Assembly: GCF_006345805.1 (NCBI RefSeq)
Contig: NW_021836393.1
Span: forward strand, 1-24,396
DNA length: 24,396 nucleotides
Source of the DNA: Octopus sinensis
Taxonomy: Eukaryota
Direction: 5' to 3'
The position numbers and the translations under genes were made by a program. Of the stretch, positions 11,425 through 22,382 are shown one piece after another (within the stretch, counting starts at the first letter, position 1; each line of letters starts with the position of its first letter). The notes under the pieces are model-generated. The model did no database searches, was not told the origin of the DNA, and saw nothing but the letters and a program-made list of their open reading frames with translations.

Positions 11425-11656
11425 TTCATTTTAACTGCATATTTACCTCAATACATCTGACTAATATGGGCATAATGCGATACTCTTATCTACAGGCTGA
11501 AACAGCCGTAAGATCCTTTTTATATGTATTATTCTTATGGCATTATCTTACTTATTGATGTATATTGTTTTATTCTGTCTTATTCTGTTGGATTTGGATA
11601 TTCCTATTTAATCTAAATAATTAGTTAATAAATTATATGAATTGGTATTATCTGGA
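10443..11656. repeat. Long inverted repeat (arms ~10443-10692 and ~11423-11656) of a hammerhead-bearing, probably Penelope-like repeat
   Basis: Left arm atcttacagctgtttcagcctgtagataagagtatctcattatgcccatattagttagatgtattgaggtaa is the near-exact reverse complement of right arm ttacctcaatacatctgactaatatgggcataatgcgatactcttatctacaggctgaaacagccgtaagat. Similarity extends over about 230-250 bp. Confidence 0.92.
11343..11514 (+). ncRNA. Split type I hammerhead ribozyme motif with ~135-nt insertion in stem-loop II
   Basis: Stem I atct(11343-46)/agat(11511-14); core TTGACGA(11347-53); stem II GGCCT(11354-58)/AGGCT(11494-98); GAAA(11499-502); CAGCCG-TA. The inverted copy has the perfect palindrome GAAACAGCTGTA. 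Confidence 0.65.
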
Positions 11657-11698
11657 AGTTGATGATTGAATGACATCTATTCCTCCATTTTCTTATTT

Positions 11699-11734
<36 letters not shown>

Positions 11735-11761
11735 TACATACACATTTAAGTATTATGTATA

Positions 11762-12400
11762 CTTTTTTTCTTTGAGTTTAATTCAAGTTCTTGAGAGAGA
11801 TCAAGCCGGTCGCTAATAAAGCAACAAGACTTTTTGAGCTAAGATAGTTCCTGATGTTTGTAAATATGTGGTTGAGTTGGTGTGTTGGTTGAACTGTCAA
11901 TGCATACGCCCGAATGTGTGCATCTATTTACATAAGAATCTCACATGGAGAATTCTTGCAATATATTACAACTCTTCACTGTGCCACTAATTGATTGGTT
12001 TTGAAGAATCCGCATCAGTTTTTTTTGCTTCTTCACCTTGAAACTGAGTTTTTCTAGGTTTTTGTACAAATTTGCTGGTACATTACCTAATGTACCTATG
12101 AATATAGGTACAATTGAGTATTCATTGTCTAGGTACAAGAGCTGTAAGTTCTGCATTAATTCTCCTTAAATCTTATAGATTAATGATAATACATTTACAT
12201 CCGCTGAGCAGCTGATCTCTACAACAGTGCATGACTTTTGTTCCGTGTCTCACAGAGCAATATCAGGTCTGTTATGTTTGCACCAAATTGCTCTTTTTAT
12301 TGGAGTGTTCCACCAGTATTACTTTGTTTTTAAAGGTGTGAATACCAGCTAGTTCAGACATATGTTTGATGTATATGTCAAGGTAGTATTTCATGCGGAT
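11762..12400 (-). mobile_element. R4/Dong-like non-LTR retrotransposon 3' fragment (restriction-like endonuclease domain + 3' UTR), degenerate
   Basis: Minus strand YWWNTPIKRAIWCKHNRPDIAL*DTEQKSCTVVEISCSADVN...MQNLQLLYLDNEYSIVPIFIGTLGNVP, showing the RPD..(D/E) and P..IG.LG motifs of RLE-type LINEs. Confidence 0.8.
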
Positions 12401-12408
12401 ACATACAT

Positions 12409-12690
12409 ATGTGCATAGTGATTTGCGATAGAGAAGAGAAACTGTGTACAGTTGTGGAAATCAGTTGCCCAACGGGTGTTAACAAAGGTAAAGATCAGCG
12501 AAACAAAAATACCTATGCTGAACTATTGAGAAATCTACAGTTACTCTACCCAGGTTACAAGTTCGGATTTATACCTATAACTATTGGGATACTGGGATAT
12601 GTCACACATTGTCTAAGTACCAATCTTGAGAAATTGGGCTTCTCAAAACCAGAAAGGAGAAAGCTAATTCGGAGACTACAGATCCAAGCC
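12409..12690 (+). mobile_element. Second R4/Dong-like RLE fragment, opposite orientation
   Basis: IVICDREEKLCTVVEISCPTGVN...TYAELLRNLQLLYPGYKFGFIPITIGILGYVTHCLSTNLEKLGF, homologous to the adjacent minus-strand copy and cut off by a TA microsatellite. Confidence 0.82.
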
Positions 12691-12725
12691 ATATATATAG
12701 CTATCTCTCTCTATATATATATCAT

Positions 12726-12762
<37 letters not shown>

Positions 12763-12853
12763 TATATATATATAATATAATTCATATATGCATATATATG
12801 TTGTGGTATGTACCTCTCTCTCTCTCTCTCTCTCACACCACACACACATGTTA

Positions 12854-12898
<45 letters not shown>

Positions 12899-13334
12899 AA
12901 CGTGAAAAGATCATTTCTACAGATTTTCTATAGATATTTATATCCAGCAATGATTCTGTTACGACGTTTCGTATTCGAGACGTCAGATGTAAACAACCAA
13001 TGAGATCGAAGATGAAAAAGTGTGTAATAGGTGTATATGCCATTTCGGGAGATTTTGCTTCTTGATCAGCTCTCATCAAACCCATTAATCATCCACGAAC
13101 TCATTGCTTAGATAGCCACAACATATAGCCTGTAACGTTATTGGATCTACCAATTTACGTATTAAACATACCTGGAAGATGAGACGTAAACATTTAATGA
13201 CTTGTAGGCACGCGTAATAAATATTTTTTTATAGAACATACATGCACTTCATCAAAATTGCCCAATTATTACATAACAGTTGTAAAAAAACATTACGCAA
13301 TCTTGCACTTTGCCTCATCAGTGTTCCGCATATA

Positions 13335-13460
13335 TATACTCAAGGGCGGACTATACTCGAGGATTTACGGTATTTATAAATGCACATACATACGCACATA
13401 CACACATACCTACGCATATACACGAATACATGCATACACACACGCACACACATACATATA
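13335..13460 (+). repeat. Direct duplicate of the MITE right end plus its flank (copy of ~14906-15010)
   Basis: tatactcaagggcggactatactcgaggatt(t/a)acggta(t/c)ttataaatgc(a/t)catac(a/c)tacgcacatacac occurs at both sites. Confidence 0.85.
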
Positions 13461-13824
13461 TATATAAGTTCAGCAAAAATTTTGATTCAGATGAATATGG
13501 TACTTAAGTTAAAGGCAGCAGAATTTGGTATGGTATTATCCATATAAATCAAATGGGGTGATTATAATCAAAATAAGTATAAAAATGAGTATAAAAAATG
13601 AACATTGTCAATTTAATTAAGAAAAACAAATTCCATATGTGGCTGAAGAGTGCTCTACATTTTAAGACTGATGTAATATTTACATTGTTTAATTAAATGA
13701 AGTAGCATGAAACGATTGTACTACACTACCTTTGGATATCTTTGTTGCTTATTTTGATTATATATATATATATATTATATATATATATATATATATATCA
13801 GTGTGTGTGTGAGTGTGTGTGTGT

Positions 13825-13867
<43 letters not shown>

Positions 13868-14084
13868 TGTATGTGTGTGTATCGTTGTCTGTATGTGTGC
13901 AGAATTATGTGTACACTCACGAGAACAATCTAAAATGTAAAACCTGAAATTAACATAAAAAAATTTCGGCCCCAGAATGCATCAAACGGTGTTCAACTCT
14001 ACATGAAATCACGCACACACTCACACACACATATACACGCACACACACACATACACATTAATAAATACTCCATTTTTTACATCA

Positions 14085-14370
14085 ACAGAATGACCTACAC
14101 ATGACCAGTCAACGGATGAGTAGTTCACAGACATTTGTACCCTTAATATAGTTTTTGAGGCGGCAGAATCAACGAGATACATGTGTTAAAGATGGAAGTT
14201 TGAATTACAGTTTGAGTGGATCTGAAGTACGTCAATACAGTTCCCTTTAATAAAATTTTCCTCAAAAGGCCTGGACCGAATCGTATCTACGGTTGAAGAT
14301 ACTTGCCCAAGAATGACATCCAGAAACTTATGACCGTAACTGAAGTTCTTGACCACGCGGTCATGCGCAA
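14085..14370 (-). mobile_element. Old degenerate SINE
   Basis: cacagacatttgtacccttaatatagttttt matches the body of the 4450-4835 SINE (cacagacacgtgtacccttaacgtagttct). gaagatacttgcccaaga is the reverse complement of the CORE-like segment. Boundaries are approximate. Confidence 0.6.
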
Positions 14371-14421
14371 ATACACATGCAGATAGTCGATGCCCACACT
14401 CATAACTCATACAAATATGTA

Positions 14422-14941
14422 CCGCAAATCCTCGAGTATAATCCGCATTTTTTCCCAAAATTTAAAGGTCAAAATCCCTAGTGCGTACTATATATGAGGT
14501 TAAAAATGAAAATTATTTTGTAGCAATGTCCGAGTCTCTATTTGCTGTCCTGCAATGTTTATTCAGACGCATTTTGTGATATCGGGCGCGAAAATAACTT
14601 AAGCTAAGCCTAAAAGCAATGAAGTCATAAAAGAATCATCCTTAACTTGCAGTAAGCAACATTTATTAAACGTTATTACTGTTATTACTGTTATTTCTTT
14701 ATTTTCTGCTAAGAAAATGCACAAAAAAGCTACACGTTTGCATTATGCTATATGTACAATAAAAATAAAGGACGTTACCGTATACATTTTTACAAACCAA
14801 GGACGTTATATAGACCTCCTTGACTCAAGTTAGAGAAGGGGAGCGCATTATACACAAGGCTTATGTTTTTTCAGAGGTACAGCCCCCCAAAATTCCCCTG
14901 CGTATTATACTCAAGGGCGGACTATACTCGAGGATTAACGG
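14422..14941. mobile_element. Complete non-autonomous Tc1/mariner-superfamily MITE (Tc2/pogo-like), 520 bp, TA target-site duplication
   Basis: Left TA-ccgcaaatcctcgagtataatccgc and right gcggactatactcgaggattaacgg-TA form ~25-bp TIRs with 3 mismatches. Internal repeats of a GCG...TATAC.C.AGG-like motif near 14481, 14841 and 14899. Confidence 0.9.
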
Positions 14942-15048
14942 TACTTATAAATGCTCATACCTACGCACATACACAAATACATGCATACACACACGCACAC
15001 ACATACATACGCACATACATACATGCACTCACACACACTCACACATGC

Positions 15049-15137
15049 ACATACATACATACATACATACATACATACATACATACATACATACATACAT
15101 ACATACATACATACATACATACATACATACATACATA
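15049..15137. repeat. (TACA)n microsatellite
   Basis: Read directly from the sequence. Confidence 0.95.
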
Positions 15138-15579
15138 CGTACGTACATAGAATGCCTGTCAGTTTAGATAACCTAAAGTTTTCAGAAAAAAGAAATCAGC
15201 CAGCATGATTCGCACATTACAAATACAATATGCAAACAGAACCATAAAACTATACAAGACTTTTCTCAGGTTTAAAATGTGACATTGTTTTCGTTTTCCA
15301 CATTCCAACGATGAAGCTTTGTATCTTTGTTAGAAACCAGATCATTCCCGAAAGGAAGAATTTAAATAATCAAAAACAGAGAAGATGCGTAGACATATAC
15401 TTATAGACATTAATTTTGGTTTTCTTGGACCCTTTGAATCATAAAGCTGAACATCCGGTTTCCATGGAATATAAGAGACCGAGATCACAACACTATTCCT
15501 GAAATGGACACTGACCTGTTGCAGTACCCAAGACCGGTACCTTTTGAGGAGAGGGGGCAAATCGAATGAAAACCAAATA

Positions 15580-15668
15580 TGACCTCGGCGGGATATGAGC
15601 CCCAAAACAATTAACGCATTAAAAAATGTCGCTAATCATTTGCCCGACAAGCTAACGGTTCTGCCAGC
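15580..15668 (-). mobile_element. Degenerate SINE head, same family as 15673-15903
   Basis: gacctcggcgggatatgagc...gctaatcatttgcccgacaagctaacggttctgccagc aligns to gacctcggcggaatttgaac...gctaaaaatttcgcctggcgtgctaaagtttctgccagc. Confidence 0.7.
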
Positions 15669-15672
15669 AAAT

Positions 15673-15903
15673 CTATTTCTTTATTACCCACAAGGGGCTA
15701 AACACAGAGGGGACAAACAAGGACAGACATAGGTATTAAGTCGATTACATCGACCCCAGTGCGTAACTGGTACTTAATTTATCGACCCCGAAAGGATGAA
15801 AGGCAAAGTCGACCTCGGCGGAATTTGAACTCACAACGTAACGCAGACGAAATACCGCTAAAAATTTCGCCTGGCGTGCTAAAGTTTCTGCCAGCTCGCC
15901 GCC
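15673..15903 (-). mobile_element. tRNA-derived SINE with Nin/Deu-type central domain
   Basis: Minus strand GGCGGCGAGCTGGCAGAA, B box GAGTTCAAATTCC, then GTCGACTTTGCCTTTCATCCTTTCGGGGTCGATAAATTAAGTACC (Nin/Deu domain signature, from recall). Confidence 0.88.
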
Positions 15904-15944
<41 letters not shown>

Positions 15945-16254
15945 ACACACACACAAACAAACAAACACACACTCATACATATATGCACGTGCGCTCGCGC
16001 TTCTTCAGTATAGCAGCCATTGTCCGAAAAAAAGAAAGCGCTTTCAGTCACTTTTTGCTAGTGTTCGTGTTTTCTATTCTGGTAGAATAAATAAATGGAT
16101 AAAGAAAAGTGTGGTTTCGTCTAAGAGCAGTTCAAGATAAATATTAAACACTTAAGTTGTCGCTCAGGTTAGCAACAATAAATAAATTGCAAAATACAAA
16201 ATATATTTGAAGAAAAAAATGATAAATTTTTGTACATACAGATACACACAATCG

Positions 16255-16529
16255 TATGTGTATATACGTATGTATATGTGTATGTATGTATGTATGTATG
16301 TATGTATGTATGTATGTATGCATGTATGTATGTATGTATGTATGTATGTATGCATGTATGTATGTATGTATAAAAATAGACACAAACACACGCATATAGG
16401 TACATAAATACATGTGTACATGGGTTGTATAGATTCATAGATACGTATAGAATGTATACATATATGTATGTATGTATGTATATGCATGTGTACATGTATA
16501 TACTATATATATCTATAATATATATTTAT

Positions 16530-16573
<44 letters not shown>

Positions 16574-17112
16574 TATGGCATATATATATGTATGTATTTC
16601 TATTAAAATTTATACATATATATATTATATCTATATATCTATCTCTCTCTCTCTCTCTCTCTATATATATAATATATAATATAATATATATATATATATA
16701 TATACACACACATGCAAGCACACACAGACGTTTATAATAAAGTCCATCATAAAATCTGATCCATTACGCAGGGTTTTACGCCCGGCTTATGCGTAAGTAT
16801 TTACGTATGCCTGTATATATAAATATATATACATATATATGTGTGTATCTGTGTGTGCACGCGCACACGTGAGTATGACATATATATATGCACACAAATA
16901 TACATACATATATATATGTGTGTGTGTCTGTGTGTGTATGTATTTTATGTATACATGCACACTCATGTACCTTATATATTTATAAACACGTGCATGTATA
17001 TGTATATACATACACATATACAAAGATGTAAGCAATATGCAATATATATATATAATATATATATATAGATATATATATATATATATATAATATATATATA
17101 TACCGTATACAT

Positions 17113-17154
<42 letters not shown>

Positions 17155-18665
17155 TGTATGTATATATATATATATATATATATGTATATACACTCTCACA
17201 CACACAAGCGCATGTAAATATATAGATAGATAGATATAGATATATATACACATATATATGCATATATAAACATATACGTATATATTTATACACACATATA
17301 TATAATATATATACATACATATATATTGTATATATATGTATATATTATATATATATATATAATATATATATATATATAATATATATATATTATATATATA
17401 CATATCTTATTGTTATATAGACATATAGTTATACCCAACCATTCATGTAATTGTTCAGCAAATAAATAAAGTTTAAAAATATTTAAATCCATTGCCCGCC
17501 AGAAAATTAGCGTGGAGTAGCTACCATCTGGTGCGTTAAGTTTTGGTTTGAAAAATAAGAAAGAATGAAAAGAATATTCATATATATATATATATACATA
17601 TATATATAATAGTGTGTGTATGTATCAATATATGCATATATGTATGTATGTATGTTGTATGTGTATATATTATACATATATATATATATATATTATATAT
17701 ATATATATATATCTATATATATAGTATGTATAATTATATATATAATATATGCATAATTATATATATAGAGAGAGAAAGGGAGTGAGATAATTGGGGAGAG
17801 AGACGTTTATATATACATATGCGATATGTACATATATATACAGACATAGATAGATTTAAATACATATATATATTATGAAACATATATGCATAAATATATG
17901 CGCATATATATACATACATACATACACACACACACACACCACCATAATTATATATATATATATAGTGTGTGTGTGTGTGTGTGTGTGGTGTATGTGTGTG
18001 TGTGTATGTAATGTAAATATATATGTATGTATGTGCATGGAAACATCATAAATATATATAAACATATATATGTGTTTGTGTGTCTTATATACGTATATAT
18101 ATATATATATATACATACATACGCATTCACATATATGTGCATATATATACATATATATACATATATAAATATATACATATATAAATATATACATATATTT
18201 ATATATATAGAGAGAGAGAAGCAACTGCATATAACCTTATACGTATATATTTTTTGAGAGGTTATAAGTATTCTTTTGTAAGTATAATTTTATTCAGTCA
18301 CTTATTAAATTGATTTGTTTACATAGGTTATTAAAATTATTTATTCACAAAAGTAAAGAATGTTTAGATAGATCCTTAAAGATTTTTCTCTTTTTGTTTT
18401 GCTTGCAATGCAGTTATATGTATGTGAATCTGTGCGTGTACGTTTTTTTCATTTTTGAACATGCGTGTGCATGTGTGTGTGTGTGTGTGTCTATGTCTGT
18501 GTATATGAATATTTATATGAATATATAAGTATATATATATTTGTATATCTGTGTGTGTGTATATATATATATATGTATAAATATACATATTTTATAATGT
18601 ATATTATATATTATACATATATATTATACATATATATTATATATACATATATATATAATAATAAT

Positions 18666-18700
<35 letters not shown>

Positions 18701-18716
18701 TACATACACATACATA
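16255..18716. repeat. Extended field of compound TA/TG/TATG microsatellites with short unique islands
   Basis: Read directly; source of the many IYIY/CVCV/HTYI ORFs. Confidence 0.9.
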
Positions 18717-18738
18717 CTTTCTTTTGTGTTTTTTTAAA

Positions 18739-18774
18739 GTTTCAGCTCAGAGCTGCGGCTGCTGATGCACCGCC

Positions 18775-18775
<1 letters not shown>
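18739..18775 (-). mobile_element. Isolated CR1-type LINE/SINE 3' tail
   Basis: Minus strand ggcggtgcatcagcagccgcagctctgagctgaaac resembles the SINE tail gcggtgctccagcatggccgcagtcaaatgactgaac, with a cagctc/gagctg hairpin. Confidence 0.6.
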
Positions 18776-18822
<47 letters not shown>

Positions 18823-19626
18823 TTTCAAATGGAAGAAAATGCAAAAGAGGGCAGTAAAGCGTTCGGGTAGATAGACAAGAGAAACAACAATTAGAAGGAC
18901 AAGCCAAAAAAAAGACGAGTGATTCTTGGCTTTGTTTCATCAGTCAAGTACCAGAAGTCACGACCATTTCGGTCAGTTACACTTGAAAATACTTATATAT
19001 ATATATTTATACATTAACTTGAATATACCTGTATATACTTACACATTAACTTCATTTTTCATATGTATATGTATGTATTTATATATACAAACATATGTAT
19101 GCATATAAATATATATACATATATGTATGGATGTATACACACACACACATATATGTGTGTGTGTATGTGTGTGTGTGTGTGTGTGTGTGAGTGTGAGTGT
19201 ATGTGTAGATATACACATATTTGTTTATTTATACCTGCATATATATAAATATATACTTATAGGTATTGATGAGGTCACAGAATGTATGACGAAAGAATTT
19301 TCACAGACGTGTAAACAAAAAATAATTGGAACAAAAGCTAAAGTGAATATTAAATAAATAATGTGTGTGTTTAAATGGCGAAAATGGCCATCCCCAAGTG
19401 TAGCAGTAAGTTACTATACATATATGTGTGTGTGTACATATATGCATTTATATATATATATAATTTATTATGTGAAATAGAAAGATGAATAATCTTGTAG
19501 TAGATTAATCAAAAGTTTAACCGATACCTTAGTAGCAAAAAATCACACAGCAGTAAACAGCACGGTTGGGGTACAACCATCTGGCTGTTGCAACCGTGCG
19601 TTGGTGCGGATAATTGAAATTAAAAC

Positions 19627-19762
19627 ATTATTGGTGAATTGAAGAAATGGAGCTGAACGCAGATTGAACAGAAATCGTTTTATTTCATTCTACACGTGTT
19701 TCGAAATAAAACGATTTCTGTTCAATCTGCGTTCAGCTCCATTTCTTCAATTCACCAATAAT
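19627..19762. repeat. Perfect 60-bp inverted repeat with 16-nt spacer
   Basis: Arm 19627-19686 is the exact reverse complement of 19703-19762; spacer is attctacacgtgtttc. Confidence 0.97.
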
Positions 19763-19788
19763 ATATATATATAATATTATATATATAT

Positions 19789-19825
<37 letters not shown>

Positions 19826-19845
19826 TATACATATACATACATATA

Positions 19846-20035
19846 GCGAATCTAAACAATGAAGAACAAACAAGGAAAGACAACAACGAGAGGACGTGGT
19901 AGAAGTACTGCGTTATCAGACGCTTCAGTAAAGGAAGAAAGAGGATTTTATGTTCCGAGCAAATCTCTTTTCCAGAAATAGAGGAAATCCAAAAGAAGGG
20001 AAGACGGAGGAAGAAAATCGCCAACGATACACACG
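19846..20035 (-). mobile_element. Diverged copy of the 9232-9417 hammerhead-type repeat
   Basis: Reverse complement attttcttcctccgtcttcccttcttttggat...tttCTGGAAAAgagatttgctcGGAACATaaaa...gcgtctgataa...ccacgtcctctcgttgttg aligns to 9232-9380. The core motif is decayed. Confidence 0.75.
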
Positions 20036-20221
20036 TGGTTACACGTATGTATATATATATTGTATCTATGATAACGAAAATATGAAACATATAGGAGTCA
20101 TCCATCTAGACATGAACGAAAGCTGTGTTCGCAAAAAATACACCAAAATTGTGAACGTACGTTTTCACTACCATTCATAGGAAAGGATGGGCGATTAGAC
20201 AGATAGCTAACTGGCTGGAAA

Positions 20222-20368
<147 letters not shown>

Positions 20369-20594
20369 ATTGGTGAAAATCAAAGTATGTGACTGTATTT
20401 TTAAAATGTATTTCTTTGTTTTACTTTTATTGTTTGTTACCAATAGTAGCTGTTTTGTTTTTTGTCTGCTTTTACTAAAATCCTACTTGAAATCTGTGGA
20501 AGAAATTTTACGATTTCTTTTGTTCAGTTTCCATGTAAGCCGCCACTAAAGCCAACTTCTGGCGAAAATTTTCCAAATGCGATTACTGAGTTGC

Positions 20595-20648
20595 AGACTT
20601 ATCCCATTTCCCGAAATTGCTGGCCTTGCGCCAGAATTTGAAACCATT
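20595..20648 (+). mobile_element. SINE 3' end fragment leading into an (ATT)n tail
   Basis: gacttatcccatttcccgaaattgctggccttgcgccagaatttgaaacc-att resembles the 3' end of the 21542 SINE (gactaatattctcccaccaaatttcaggccttatgc...gaaagg-att). Confidence 0.55.
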
Positions 20649-20667
20649 GTTATTGTTGTTGTTGTTG

Positions 20668-20746
<79 letters not shown>

Positions 20747-20807
20747 CATCATTATTATTATTATTATTATTATATTATTATTATTATTATTACACATTAT
20801 TATTATA
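20646..20807. repeat. (TTG)n(TTA)n trinucleotide microsatellite
   Basis: Read directly; source of the poly-I/poly-L ORFs. Confidence 0.95.
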
Positions 20808-21420
20808 GCATGTTCTACCCTCATGTCAAACCCAATATCTCAAAAAACGTTCTCAACCTTGGTTGCTAATGCTCCCAATGTCCCTGTAACTACTGGGATA
20901 GCCACAGTCATGCAATCTCATCTTTTAGAGGCTTGTACGTCTCAGTCTTTTTCTACTCTTTGTCAGACACTCGTACATCCCCAAGTATGGAAACATCTAT
21001 GATCTTGGTTTCTTTCATCGTTCAGTCACTAAAATAAAGTCTGGTCTCCCAGCATCGATCACTGAATCACGCTGCTTGTAAAATCTTATACTCATTATTC
21101 TCAGTGACACCTTGTAGCTTATACTCTTGTCATTTCAATGTCCTTTCAAGACCAAACTTCTGACACAATCTCCATTGAGCATACCTAGGCACGTTATCAT
21201 GCTCTTTTTCTTTTTTTTCTTTTGAGCTATATTGCTCCGCTCGCTCACGATATGTGAGACTGTTTCGTTTTTCATGCCACACACTCTTTTGGGTGTTACA
21301 TTTTCACTAAGTATCGTGTTGCTATTTCTAACCGCAACAACCAAAAGTTCATTCTACCATCCTAGACCGTTTTCCTCTTTGACAACAAAGCTCTTGCATT
21401 CTATGAACCCGCTTCTTTCT
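20808..21420 (-). mobile_element. Degenerate R4/Dong-like non-LTR fragment (CCHC zinc knuckle + RLE domain)
   Basis: Minus strand RVCGMKNETVSHIVSERSNIAQK..HDNVPRYAQWRLCQKFGL...GVTENNEYKIL...GRPDFILV...ETKIIDVSI...TVAIPVVTGTLGAL. The 5' boundary is uncertain. Confidence 0.82.
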
Positions 21421-21541
21421 TTGTTTCTAGACGATGCAATCTATTAACATCGATTTTCGCTTCACTTTCCTGCGCTTTCTATCCATTTCTCAAAGTTCCT
21501 TCTTTGTCCATCTATCAACACCTGTGCCATATCGCATTTAG

Positions 21542-21795
21542 TAGAATTGTTAACACACTGGACGAAATGCTTAGCGGTATTTCACCTGTCGCTAAGTTCT
21601 GAGTTTAAATTCCACCGAGGTCGACTTTGCTTTTCATCCTTTCGGGGTCGATAAATTAAATACCAGTGAATAACTGGGGTCAATGTAATTGACTAATATT
21701 CTCCCACCAAATTTCAGGCCTTATGCATATAGTGGAAAGGATTATTATTATTATCATTATTATTATTATTATCATTGTTGTTGTTGTTGTTGTTG
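21542..21795 (+). mobile_element. Nin/Deu-domain SINE with (ATT)n tail
   Basis: gagtttaaattccaccgaggtcgactttgcttttcatcctttcggggtcgataaattaaatacc; same head and core as 15673-15903 but a different 3' end. Confidence 0.85.
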
Positions 21796-22294
21796 CTATT
21801 TTTACGTTGGAAATCTTTATTATTATCATATGTTTTATTTTGCTTTTGTTAAAATAAGTACTAATGAATTATTGGAATTGATTTAATCGGTTATACACTC
21901 CTAAAATGTATTTCCTTCTACCTAAGTAAAGAATCAGGAGAAAAGTGATATGTTTGAAAATTATGTAACGCGTGTATTAAAAATGCATTTAAACTAGGGT
22001 ACCAGAAGGGATTTTCACCTCATTAAAATTCTAAATGTTGAAGGCATTTTTCCGTTTTCAATGCTGGGTAGCCTCCATGTGTTTATATTATATTATTGCT
22101 ATTATTGCTAATTAATAATAAATTTTAAAAAAAAAACAACAACACTATTTATAAACACGCAGTGGTGTATTCTTTAAACGTGTGTGCGGACGTGTTTTTA
22201 TTTGAAGGTTTTCCATTTCAATGTAAGTTCAATATTGCATGGGTTTTTAGTGTACGCACAAGATCGCTGGCACTCTCTAGTGCTTGCATCATAC

Positions 22295-22382
22295 TATTGG
22301 GCATCTTGGGCAAGTATCGTTTATCATAAACCTTGGTTTCGTACCAAGCCTTGTCAGTAAAATTGTGTGGAAGACCATCGAA
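22295..22382 (+). mobile_element. Degenerate SINE CORE-like fragment
   Basis: ggcatcttgggcaagtatc...ccaagccttgtcagt resembles 6486-6545. Confidence 0.5.

Noticed and set aside
15508-15560. Possible 25-nt minus-strand micro-exon (aag|gtacc...cag|gtcagt)
   Set aside because: Such signals arise by chance and there is no neighbouring exon or homology support.
16765-16796. Short inverted repeat ttacgca...tgcgtaa
   Set aside because: Only 7-bp arms, compatible with chance; no Helitron CTRR end or other context.
18826-18990. Segment with minus-strand CTGATGA and a nearby ccGAAATGGTC, suggestive of a hammerhead
   Set aside because: The motifs are in the wrong order on the minus strand and the stems do not pair; probably a decayed repeat.
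20546-21002. Poly-Ile/poly-Leu 'membrane protein' ORFs
   Set aside because: Translation of the (TTA)n tract; the remainder is antisense to the R4/Dong-like fragment.
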